Shown here: in pieces, positions 22,831 to 31,741 of the stretch
Layout of the letters: each line of letters begins with the position of its first letter
Position numbering within the stretch: the first letter of the stretch is position 1
Assembly: GCA_000002445.1 (NCBI GenBank)
Contig: CH464491.1
Span: 224,001-288,000, forward strand
Length of the DNA stretch: 64,000 nucleotides
Source of the DNA: Trypanosoma brucei
Taxonomy: Eukaryota
Reading direction: 5' to 3'
Position numbers and translations under genes: made by a program
The notes under the pieces: model-generated
Database searches by the model: none
Seen by the model: only the letters and a program-made list of their open reading frames with translations
Told to the model about the DNA's origin: nothing

Positions 22831-24804
22831 ATGATTAGGGTGCCCTCCCGCTGGCCATGCTCGTCATCACCCGTCGCCCTTGTGCAAGTTAATGACGACT
22901 TCGTGGCAATATGTGGCGTGGTTTCATCAGATGAAGAATTAGCATCGTGGGAGCTGGACTGTAGCATAACATTAAATCGTCAGGTAGCCGAGAGGGTCAC
23001 TGCACAGGATTTCTCACCTGCGGGGACTCATGAGGTATGCTTCATCGGTCCTTCAAAGCAAACTAAAAGACGATTTGTGGAGGTTCCCGTCCATCCAGGT
23101 GGCGGGGGTGACACTCTTCGAGTATTGACGCCACTTAGCACGTATGAGGCCAAAACAGTTTTGCTTGAGGGCCCTCGAGTAAGTACACCTGGTTTTATGG
23201 AACGACTTTTTGCCTCGCTAGTTGGACGGTACGTAGTCGTTGATTGTGACGTCATGACACAAGAAGGATTACAGTTTCGCGTAAAAGACGCTGAGCTGAA
23301 GAGAGGGTATCGTGGCCTGGCGTTGGTGGGTTCAACAGCCCGTGTAAAACTGAATCAGAGGTCTGCTAAATATTTTTGGCCAAGCGATGTGCTCGTTGGA
23401 TTGGAGGAGCAGGCACAGGAGCTAAGAACAGTGATGCAAGCCATGCTACAGTCCCCAGGGCGTTGGCTAGGTGTTTCTCTTCATGATTCGTCCGGCTGCG
23501 AGGCCCTGACAGTTGTTCGCAAGTGCGTAGCTGACGCAAACGGAACGCTGGTGTGGTGGTCCCCATCGTCTGTTTACGGTCAGGGAGGGGACTATTGTGC
23601 AAGTCGACTCATTGTGCTGTGTATACCTGACATGGATGAGGTCTTCCCATCTTCGGACAGTTCGTTGGCGGGTCTGACCGTGCGGCTGCTGCGAGGAAGC
23701 ATCGACAGTTTGTTGAATAGCGGTTCTAGCGAGAAACCTGCCCTGGTGTTGGTCGGCATCACTAAGAATGAAATCATTGGAGTGGCAAACTCGCTCTTTG
23801 CCGCAAAGATATCGTTTGAATTTCCTGACGTCGACAAGCGGGCTGTCCTTCTGGCACATGTTCGCGGGGGCGATAGGATGGACCATATGAGTGAAGCGCA
23901 CACGCTTGTTGGCCTTTCCCGCTCCGAAGTCCTGGACGCGGCGCGACGGCAACCCCGATCTCGTGGCCCTCTCAATAAAGTTTTGCGGTGGTCGGACATT
24001 GGCGGTCTCGACGATGTGAAGGATCGCTTACACCGCGCTTTGATCCTCCCTCAACTGGAGCCTGGGCTGTTTGCCCGTTTTGGTCTGACACCCCCTCGTG
24101 GGATACTTTTGTACGGTCCACCGGGATGCGCTAAAACGAGTTTAGTTAAAGCATTGTGCTCGGAGGGATGCTTCTCTTTTATTTATCTTGACTTCGCGGG
24201 GCTCATCAGCGCATATGTTGGAGAATCTGAACGGATATTGCGTGATGCGTTTCACCGGGCAGCTCGCCAGGCACCATGCATTGTTTTTTTTGATGAGGTC
24301 GATGCTATTGGTGGAAAGCGCGCGATGAATTCCCGCGACGGTGATCAGGCACGGCTCCTTTCAACCCTCCTTACGGAGATGGACGGGTTTTCTTCATCTA
24401 ACGGGGTATGTTTTGTCGGTGCCACTAATACACCACATCAGATTGATGCTGCCCTGCTTCGTCCCGGTAGGTTCGACTATCTCGTGTATGTTCCGCTTCC
24501 GCCCCTGGGAGACCGGCGCAGGGTTCTATCGCTTGTGCTTGGAAACACAACGGCGGATCTCGACAAACTTGCCCGCGTCACCGAGGGCTTCAGCGGGGCT
24601 GATCTCCCGGCGCTTGCAACGAGTGTCCTTCTGGAGTTGTTGGACGGCACCGATGAGGGTAGCGCTTCGGAGTGCCTAAATGACTCCGAGGCACTAACCC
24701 AACTTCTCGTCTCTCGAGCTGGGGAGTTCCACAAGACCTCATACGATGTTGCGGCGCTTGAGAGGTTTAACAGAGACTGCTCTTCCGACTCGGGAGCTGT
24801 ATGA
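22831..24804 (+). CDS. AAA+ ATPase, classic clade (CDC48/PEX/NVL-like C-terminal AAA domain), about 657 aa. The first ATG is at 22831. The track start 22807 is TTG.
   Basis: The Walker A is LYGPPGCAKTSL, the Walker B is CIVFFDEVDAIG, and the second region of homology is ATNTPHQIDAALLRPGRFDYLVYVPLP. The N-terminal roughly 400 aa lacks intact nucleotide-binding motifs and may be a degenerate D1 or substrate domain. Confidence 0.8.
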   Translation: MIRVPSRWPCSSSPVALVQVNDDFVAICGVVSSDEELASWELDCSITLNRQVAERVTAQDFSPAGTHEVCFIGPSKQTKRRFVEVPVHPGGGGDTLRVLTPLSTYEAKTVLLEGPRVSTPGFMERLFASLVGRYVVVDCDVMTQEGLQFRVKDAELKRGYRGLALVGSTARVKLNQRSAKYFWPSDVLVGLEEQAQELRTVMQAMLQSPGRWLGVSLHDSSGCEALTVVRKCVADANGTLVWWSPSSVYGQGGDYCASRLIVLCIPDMDEVFPSSDSSLAGLTVRLLRGSIDSLLNSGSSEKPALVLVGITKNEIIGVANSLFAAKISFEFPDVDKRAVLLAHVRGGDRMDHMSEAHTLVGLSRSEVLDAARRQPRSRGPLNKVLRWSDIGGLDDVKDRLHRALILPQLEPGLFARFGLTPPRGILLYGPPGCAKTSLVKALCSEGCFSFIYLDFAGLISAYVGESERILRDAFHRAARQAPCIVFFDEVDAIGGKRAMNSRDGDQARLLSTLLTEMDGFSSSNGVCFVGATNTPHQIDAALLRPGRFDYLVYVPLPPLGDRRRVLSLVLGNTTADLDKLARVTEGFSGADLPALATSVLLELLDGTDEGSASECLNDSEALTQLLVSRAGEFHKTSYDVAALERFNRDCSSDSGAV

Positions 24805-24952
24805 GAGAACTTCAATATATGAGAGCGTGTATGTTTGGTTGAGGTCCTCCTTTCTTTGTACCGCTTTCTACTATACATCACGAACCATGATACAAGTGGT
24901 GGTATTCTTTCTCTCGTTTTAGCTATTCCTCTCTTCTCTTAGCTCTGTATTA

Positions 24953-25588
24953 ATGGATTGGACTGATCGTGTCCTACTAGAGGATGATAACGATATGGGA
25001 AAAAGCATAGTTAGTCACCATGTGCTGATGAACTGTTCACAGAGGTCAAACATCAAGGACAGTAATGTGCAGACATTATCCACGGAGATGCTCCACTGGG
25101 ATGACTACAGGGAGGCCCATGGAATAAACGATGGTACACCGAAGATGGCAGACACATTTCAAAACGCTTGTGAACCATTATTTCAAGGGCATGTTTGCCG
25201 CTCTGGAGGTAGCACCAAAAGGCTTCTTTCCGTTGCAACGAAACCGGTTCTAGGTGAGGGTGGCGATCGAACATTCTGTTCCGAGATGCAGCACTGGGAT
25301 GACTATAGGGTAAAAAATAATATTCAAGACGGGTCTCCAGCTATGCAGTGTCTTTTTCGTCAATTTGACGGTCATGATATGTTCATTCTGGACAGTGGGT
25401 GGAAACTGTTAACGCTGAAACAAATGTGTATTACCTCGACGCGGCAGGCGTATGGTGCAAGCGTTAACCAGCGTGTTTCAGAGATGGTTCGATGGGAGGA
25501 GTCTCAAAACCAGCAAGGGATAAATTGCTTCCCAGCTAGCGGATCTGCAGAGGCAGTTAGTGCCATAACACCTTACAACAGTGGGTGA
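24953..25588 (+). CDS. Small hypothetical protein (211 aa) with an internally duplicated ~21-aa motif.
   Basis: The ATG at 24953 sits right after a polyY tract (24890-24950). The two motif copies are EMLHWDDYREAHGINDGTPKM and EMQHWDDYRVKNNIQDGSPAM, about 80 aa apart. It lies on the + strand in the polycistron and is of uncertain function. Confidence 0.5.
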   Translation: MDWTDRVLLEDDNDMGKSIVSHHVLMNCSQRSNIKDSNVQTLSTEMLHWDDYREAHGINDGTPKMADTFQNACEPLFQGHVCRSGGSTKRLLSVATKPVLGEGGDRTFCSEMQHWDDYRVKNNIQDGSPAMQCLFRQFDGHDMFILDSGWKLLTLKQMCITSTRQAYGASVNQRVSEMVRWEESQNQQGINCFPASGSAEAVSAITPYNSG

Positions 25589-25750
25589 CTACGGAAATTC
25601 TTTTCCCCCCTCTTCCCCTTATTTTGTCGTTCACAATCCTGATTTGCTCCTCGGAATTTCTCTTTGGATTGCTAAGGTGGCTCCCCTTACCTTATTGTTG
25701 TTGTTTTGCTCGCCGCTATCAAGTGACTTCCTTAGTGTACTTAGTCCCTC

Positions 25751-28700
25751 ATGAGCGCAGGATTCGGAGGTGGTTTTGGCCAACCGGCAGCAACGGGATT
25801 TGGTCAGCAGCCTACCGGTGGTTTTGGGCAAGCACCGCAGGGTGGGGCGTTTGGCCAGGTTGCTCCAGCGGCTACTGGTTTTGGTCAGCCCTCTCAGAGT
25901 GCTGTCACCGGAGGTTTCGGGCAGACAAATACTGGTGGTTTCGGACAACCTGCAGCAACTGGTTTCGGTCAACCTGCTCAGGGTGCTGTCACCGGAGGTT
26001 TCGGGCAGACAAATACTGGTGGTTTCGGACAACCTGCAGCAACTGGTTTCGGTCAACCTGCTCAGAGTGCTGTCACCGGAGGTTTCGGGCAGACAAATAC
26101 TGGTGGTTTCGGTCAGCCTGCTCAGGGTGGGTTTGGCCAGACAGCGGCAGCGGCTAACGCCTTTGGACAGGCGGGCCCCTCAGGTGGCTTCGGGCAGACA
26201 AATACTGGTGGATTCGGCCAGCAGTCCAACAGTGGGTTTGGTCAAGCTGGTCGGGGCGCGACAGCCGGATTTGGGCAGCCCGGAACTGGTTTTGGTCAAC
26301 CAGCTACCGGAGGATTCGGTCAAGCAACTTCTGCCTCTCCATTTGGACAAGCAGCGGCAGGCCGCGGTGTTGGTGGTGGTTTTGGTACTGCGGCTGGCAC
26401 AGTTGGTGGTTTTGGGCAGCCTGCTGCGACGGGTGGTTTCGGTCAAACGGCAACTACAGGTGGATTCGGGCAGCCTGCTCAGGGAGCTGCAGCTGGTGGT
26501 TTTGGTCAACCAGCTACCGGAGGATTCGGTCAAGCAACTTCTGCCTCTCCATTTGGACAAGCAGCGGCAGGCCGCGGTGTTGGTGGTGGTTTTGGTACTG
26601 CGGCTGGTACAGTTGGTGGTTTTGGGCAGCCTGCTGCGCCGGGTGGTTTCGGTCAAACGGCAACTGCAGGTGGATTCGGGCAGCCCGCTCGGGGAGCTGC
26701 AGCTGGTGGTTTTGGTCAACCAGCTACCGGAGGATTCGGTCAGGCAACTTCTGCCTCTCCATTTGGACAAGCAGCGGCAGGCCGCGGTGTTGGTGGTGGT
26801 TTTGGTACTGCGGCTGGCACAGTTGGTGGTTTTGGGCAGCCTGCTGCGACGGGCGGTTTCGGTCAAACGGCAACTACAGGTGGATTCGGCCAGCCTGCTC
26901 AGGGAGCAAATACTTTCGGACAGGGGACTCCTTCGGCTGGTGGTTTTGGGCAGGCCGGTCGAGGCGTGACTGGAGGCTTCGGTCAAACTGGCGTGACCGG
27001 TGGTTTCGGGCAAACGGCAACTACAGGCGGATTTGGCCAACCTGCTCAGGGGGCTGCAACCGGTGGTTTTGGTCAAGCTGGTCGGGGCGCAGCGGACGGA
27101 TTTGGTCGACCTGCTCAGGGAGCTGCAGCTGGTGGTTTTGGTCAACCAGCTACCGGAGGATTCGGTCAAGCAACTTCTGCCTCTCCATTTGGACAAGCAG
27201 CGGCAGGCCGCGGTGTTGGTGGTGGTTTTGGTACTGCGGCTGGCACAGTTGGCGGTTTTGGGCAGCCTGCTGCGCCGGGTGGTTTCGGTCAAACGGCAAC
27301 TACAGGTGGATTCGGCCAGCCCGGTCGGGGAGCTGCAGCTGGTGGTTTTGGTCAACCAGCTACCGGAGGTCTAGGGCTCGCGGGCGGAAGTGGTTTTGGC
27401 GCTGCTGCCGGCGCTGGTGGGTTTGGGCAGCAAAGCACTGCTTCCCCGTGGGGTGGTGGTGCCACCCCTGCGGCACCTGTCGATGTGTCTCTCCTGAACC
27501 TTCCGGAGTTTGCCGACAAGCCTTATGGCAACGTTTTACTCTTTGCGCCTGAGAAGCCACCAAAAAAACCAATTTCAGTTGGTCATACACCATCTCCAGC
27601 TGCCCCCTTCAACCCCATCTCGGTACCACGTTACCAACAAAGGATACCGGTGGGTATCCCAGCACCCACAGTGTCCGCTAACGTGAAGCTTCAACCTACG
27701 CCTTTTTCAACCTCAGCCTTATCCTCAGTGGAGCTTCGTGAATTGTTGAACGCTTCAAAAGTTAACTTGGGGGTATCCGATGATGTCCAAAAAATCGACT
27801 CACCGAAGGTCTCGCGGGTGGTGGCAGCTGGTGAGAAGCCGCCTTCACATGATGCGGCGGTCTTTGCGCCTGTGTGCTCAAAAGAGGAGTATATACTGGA
27901 TCCACCTCTAGCCACACTACAGGGGCTTGCGGTTCGACAGTTGCAGGAGGTTTATGGTTTTAGTGTTTACCGCCGGGATGGTAAGTGCTCCGTTCACTTT
28001 CTTGAGCCTGTGAACCTTGTTCGATGTGATATCGCTGAGATCGTTGAGCTTCGTCCTAGTGGTGAAGTTAAGCTTTATCCATGTGTGCAAAACCCTCCCT
28101 CCATCGGCCAAGGTCTCAATGTGAAAGCTCGTGTAACCGTGAACGGTGTTATTGGGACGACAAGCAACGACCTTCTTATCCGCTGCCAGAAAGAAGGTAA
28201 CAGATTTGAGTCTTACGATGTGAACACGGGGACGTGGGTTTACGTGATGAATGTTGGCGACGATGGTCAAAATGAATATGACGATGCTGACCGCGAAGTT
28301 GACATAGTCGAGACTGATACGCAGGTCCAAGATGGTGAGCAGTTTCCTGTTGCCAATGATATTGCTGACGGCGGGGTGCGTGCTATTTCCCAGCTGGACA
28401 CATGTGCCCAATTGAAAAGGTCTGATCCACCGTCACCACCATTTCTACAACAGCAGCAGCAGGTGCCCGTATTGCACCAAAATGAAGCGGTTTCAGCATT
28501 GTCGTTTTCACGGTATGCCCCATTTGACGATCAGTCTCTTATTCTTCCGCAACGCACGCAGAGGGTGTCTGTGCTGCGACAAGCTGTGCACCGCCCTGCT
28601 GCGGATACAACCTCGGGGATCTCCGACTTCGAACTGCCGTACACGCTTCCCAGCCCCAAGAAAACCCCTCTCTGTGAGCGGAAGGGCCCGTTGGTCGTGA

Positions 28701-30412
28701 AGGAACCCTACGCGAAGGCACACGGGCCTGTTTACGTTGTGAAGAGGGAGGACAGTAAGATGTACGAAATGAATGCAAGCGTGGTTTCGCGGGGCGCAAT
28801 GGCAAGTCTGAGTCGGAGTTTCCGATGTGGGTGGTGCACCGGAGGGCGTCTGGTTGCCCCAATGTTCGCCTGGGTTCGTGACGGGACAGAGAGTAGGCAT
28901 TCTGTGGATGAAGTTCTCGGCTCGCGAGTGGTTATGTCAACTGTTTACTTTGCCCATGCAACAAGTAAGCACTACTTGCAGAGTTGCGCCATATCAGTAC
29001 TGCGCGCGCTGTGTCGGCACGCGCACAGGGTGGATGCCTCTTCGGACAAGGAAGGCTTTTTCCCGCTTCTGGAGCTAGGATTGTGCCGAGACACCGGCTC
29101 CACCTCCCTTTCGACCGAAAAGTTACGTGAGGTTATCGCTGCTGTCGATGCCGTTCGTTTCGACGGAGCTTCTGCAGTGGGGGAGTCCACGGCACGGCAA
29201 GCCAAAACAATTCTTTCTCTACTCGATGCCCTTTATGGATTGCCTGATGCCGACGAGGCAGACAAAAATGCCATTACTGAGAGGCGTTACCTCACTCAAC
29301 TGCGGAGGCGGAACCTGAATTCGTGGTTGAAGACGGAGCTGGAATATATGGATTTGTGGACCGACCTGGACGTGGATGCGAACCCATCGCAAAAGTTACT
29401 TCGGAAGTTGCTGTGCGGCAAGCTACGGGAGGCCTCGTCTGTGGCGAAGGCATTGGGGAGCACAGAACTTTCACGCGTTGTAGGAATATGTGGAGAGGGG
29501 AACCATTTTGGGAGCTACGTGCAGACGTCCGACAATAGTTGCATAGACGAAGCACTTGGCATCCGGGAGCGTGTGGTGAGCCTCCTCTCTGGTATTGTTG
29601 AGCCTTTTGTCTCTCAGCCCCAGTACGCGTGGGCTGAGGACGAAAAGGGTGGCCGCACCGTTGCGAAGGTGCCATTGGCAGCAACATGGAAGCAGTTGCT
29701 GGGAGTATTTGCCTTCTACGGCTGCACACCTGACAGCTCCGCGGAGGAGACAATTGACTGTTTTCTCAAACGGCTTCGAGCACCAACCTCACGTCGTGAG
29801 AATTCCTTTCCTCCATACGCTGAACGTATCTCAGCTGACAAACTAGGAACAGGTCGCGGTCGGAGTTTCGTTTCCCTCGGGGAGTGGTTTCCTGATGCCG
29901 CGCTGAGCCTGTTGGAGGGTTTCGCGATGGGTGTGGCTCCCGCCGCCACTGCACTTCATCCACATTCATCAAGTTACTGTGCAACGGATTACTTGACACC
30001 ATTCATAATTATAGTAAGTGTCCGTGCTTTGAAGTTACAGCGCACAGACACCTATGACGACGCTGAAACAAAAGCACTTCTGGGGTTTGCCGCAGCGCTG
30101 GAGTGTCTTAGTGATGCGTGGTTCTGGGCTTTACTGCCGCTCCATATGATAGTTGACGACAAGTGCCGGGCTGTGGCTGTTGAGCAGTGTTTGCGCCGTA
30201 ACGCCCACCGGTTCCAGGGAGGGGCGTGCCGCACCAACACGGACTACGTACATTTGGCAGAGCTGTTGAAAATTAATGCTCGGCTGTTAGATGTGGAGAT
30301 GCTGTTAGAGAAAGTCCCGGCAGATGCACCTGTGAATGCGCCAAGCATTCGCACTCACTCGTCTCTGCAGGAAGCGCTTCACCGTTTCAGTCGGGGGTTT
30401 ACAAAGAGATGA
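25751..30412 (+). CDS. NUP158: FG-repeat nucleoporin of the Nup98-96 fusion type (TbNup158-like), 1553 aa. It has N-terminal GGFGQ repeats, a central Nup98-type autoproteolytic-domain fold, and a Nup96-like alpha-helical C-terminal region.
   Basis: The first 550 aa are almost entirely GGFGQ(P/T)A repeats. They are followed by ...GFSVYRRDGKCSVHFLEPVNLVRCDIAEIVEL...GQGLNVKARVTVNGV...NTGTWVYV, which aligns with the human Nup98 autoproteolytic domain (...GEGLNRKAEVTLDGV...ETGSWVFKVSHFSKY). After that comes a large helical domain. There is an ATG at 25751. Confidence 0.85.
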   Translation: MSAGFGGGFGQPAATGFGQQPTGGFGQAPQGGAFGQVAPAATGFGQPSQSAVTGGFGQTNTGGFGQPAATGFGQPAQGAVTGGFGQTNTGGFGQPAATGFGQPAQSAVTGGFGQTNTGGFGQPAQGGFGQTAAAANAFGQAGPSGGFGQTNTGGFGQQSNSGFGQAGRGATAGFGQPGTGFGQPATGGFGQATSASPFGQAAAGRGVGGGFGTAAGTVGGFGQPAATGGFGQTATTGGFGQPAQGAAAGGFGQPATGGFGQATSASPFGQAAAGRGVGGGFGTAAGTVGGFGQPAAPGGFGQTATAGGFGQPARGAAAGGFGQPATGGFGQATSASPFGQAAAGRGVGGGFGTAAGTVGGFGQPAATGGFGQTATTGGFGQPAQGANTFGQGTPSAGGFGQAGRGVTGGFGQTGVTGGFGQTATTGGFGQPAQGAATGGFGQAGRGAADGFGRPAQGAAAGGFGQPATGGFGQATSASPFGQAAAGRGVGGGFGTAAGTVGGFGQPAAPGGFGQTATTGGFGQPGRGAAAGGFGQPATGGLGLAGGSGFGAAAGAGGFGQQSTASPWGGGATPAAPVDVSLLNLPEFADKPYGNVLLFAPEKPPKKPISVGHTPSPAAPFNPISVPRYQQRIPVGIPAPTVSANVKLQPTPFSTSALSSVELRELLNASKVNLGVSDDVQKIDSPKVSRVVAAGEKPPSHDAAVFAPVCSKEEYILDPPLATLQGLAVRQLQEVYGFSVYRRDGKCSVHFLEPVNLVRCDIAEIVELRPSGEVKLYPCVQNPPSIGQGLNVKARVTVNGVIGTTSNDLLIRCQKEGNRFESYDVNTGTWVYVMNVGDDGQNEYDDADREVDIVETDTQVQDGEQFPVANDIADGGVRAISQLDTCAQLKRSDPPSPPFLQQQQQVPVLHQNEAVSALSFSRYAPFDDQSLILPQRTQRVSVLRQAVHRPAADTTSGISDFELPYTLPSPKKTPLCERKGPLVVKEPYAKAHGPVYVVKREDSKMYEMNASVVSRGAMASLSRSFRCGWCTGGRLVAPMFAWVRDGTESRHSVDEVLGSRVVMSTVYFAHATSKHYLQSCAISVLRALCRHAHRVDASSDKEGFFPLLELGLCRDTGSTSLSTEKLREVIAAVDAVRFDGASAVGESTARQAKTILSLLDALYGLPDADEADKNAITERRYLTQLRRRNLNSWLKTELEYMDLWTDLDVDANPSQKLLRKLLCGKLREASSVAKALGSTELSRVVGICGEGNHFGSYVQTSDNSCIDEALGIRERVVSLLSGIVEPFVSQPQYAWAEDEKGGRTVAKVPLAATWKQLLGVFAFYGCTPDSSAEETIDCFLKRLRAPTSRRENSFPPYAERISADKLGTGRGRSFVSLGEWFPDAALSLLEGFAMGVAPAATALHPHSSSYCATDYLTPFIIIVSVRALKLQRTDTYDDAETKALLGFAAALECLSDAWFWALLPLHMIVDDKCRAVAVEQCLRRNAHRFQGGACRTNTDYVHLAELLKINARLLDVEMLLEKVPADAPVNAPSIRTHSSLQEALHRFSRGFTKR
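25911..26110 (+). repeat. An 84-bp (28-codon) FG repeat, about 3 copies, within the nucleoporin gene.
   Basis: gaggtttcgggcagacaaatactggtggtttcgg recurs at 25911, 25995 and 26079. The encoded unit is GGFGQTNTGGFGQPAATGFGQPAQ(G/S)AVT. Confidence 0.9.
26291..27370 (+). repeat. A 210-bp (70-codon) higher-order FG repeat within the nucleoporin gene. There are four near-identical copies (starts 26291, 26501, 26711, 27137) plus a partial fifth (27347).
   Basis: The exact 50-nt string tttggtcaaccagctaccggaggattcggtcaagcaacttctgcctctcc recurs at those positions. The encoded unit is FGQPATGGFGQATSASPFGQAAAGRGVGGGFGTAAGTVGGFGQPAATGGFGQTATTGGFGQPAQGAAAGG. Confidence 0.9.
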
Positions 30413-31705
30413 GAACAGTGGAAGGCAAACAGAGGTTGGAAATATAGGGTGATGCGAAGGTGACGAGGGTTGGTGAATGAAAAGGATGTTGGGAATATAA
30501 ATATTGAAGAGAAGAAATTAAGGAGTCAAAATAGAGCGGAAAGATGTCTCGTCGGTTTGTATGCTGCGGACACTCGACGGTCATTGTGCTAGGTAGCTTT
30601 GTAGGGAAGACATGCTACAGCCAATGGCACGTGCGGTGAGTGTGGTGTCAGGACGGTGGTAAGGGAGGAAGAAAATAATAATATAAGGCGACGGTGAAAT
30701 GGATGGTTGACCGACCCCGCGACTATCCTGTTGCTGAACATATTTATGCAGTGCGGAGAAAACTGTAGACCGCTTCCTCACTGTAATGTTAGTGTCATCA
30801 ACGCACTCTTACTGTTTTAAAGTGTCGTATGCAACGGTGCGTGGTGGTGTGTTTGACGACTTAATGTGCCGGATGTTTGTATTGCGAACTACTTGATTTT
30901 ATCTTTAACCTTAGAGCTACAACGTTTTTTTTCTTTCTCCTCCTTTCCTTTTCATCTATCTGTAGAGTACATATGGGAGGAAAGGGTTAAATGTGTATTT
31001 TTAAATTTTGTATTCGCCTGGGAGCAGTTGTTAATTGTGATGGGGTCGCGCAAATTTTCATGGCATAAGTCACTTCTCCGCCGTGTAGGTCTCAACCGTC
31101 CGACAATGAGGAGTACACGATGCGACTTTGTGGGGCTTAAGGTGTACGTTATGTCTTACCTCGCTTCAGGCGTTAGTTGCAGACTTCGAAGGCGCAGATA
31201 AAGGGATGTGAATGCCATTCTGCAGCTTCAATAACCGTTTCACCTTCTTTAATGCACAAATACGTGGCGGTGACAGCGGCGAGACGGAAGGGGATACATA
31301 CAGATGAAACCCTGCTGTTTATTGTTTTTTTTTTCGCACTGCGTGTGATGATTGGCGTGTAGATGTTACTTTGGGCGGTGACGCCCGTGTTTGTCTCCAT
31401 TGTGTTCCATTTCATTCCACTTTTGTAAACTTTTTCCTTTTTGCTCTTTTTGTTGACCTTTTCATTTGGGGTCGGAAGGGTTCCGCCTGGCTTGGGGCGG
31501 TAGTGGTTTTTCGGGGTGGTGGGTTGAATTCGACCAAATTGACACACAAAAAGGGAGGAAGTCAAAAGGGTGAGGGAAGCCAGGCGGGGAGGGGACATAA
31601 AAAATTTCAATTCGGTGAACACCGTGTACGTGTGTAAGTTTGAGTGTGAGGAACAAAAACATTTGCAACGTTTCGCAGCATTCTTGAAGAGTTCTCTTAG
31701 TGGTA

Positions 31706-31729
31706 AGTGTGTGTGTGTGTGTGTCTGTG
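31706..31729 (+). repeat. (GT)n microsatellite, about 10 units.
   Basis: gtgtgtgtgtgtgtgtgtctgtg. It lies at the 5' end of the track ORF but upstream of the first ATG (31742). Confidence 0.9.
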
Positions 31730-31741
31730 GGCGAGGGTGGA

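Noticed and set aside
26180-27355. A 391-aa minus-strand ORF, together with the 399-aa + ORF 25770..26969 in an alternate frame and the 141-aa minus ORF 25631..26056.
   Set aside because: All lie inside the FG-repeat region of the nucleoporin gene. Repetitive GC-rich sequence without stops yields open frames in several phases. The translated products are Thr/Ser/Cys- or Leu/Val/Gln-rich nonsense repeats.
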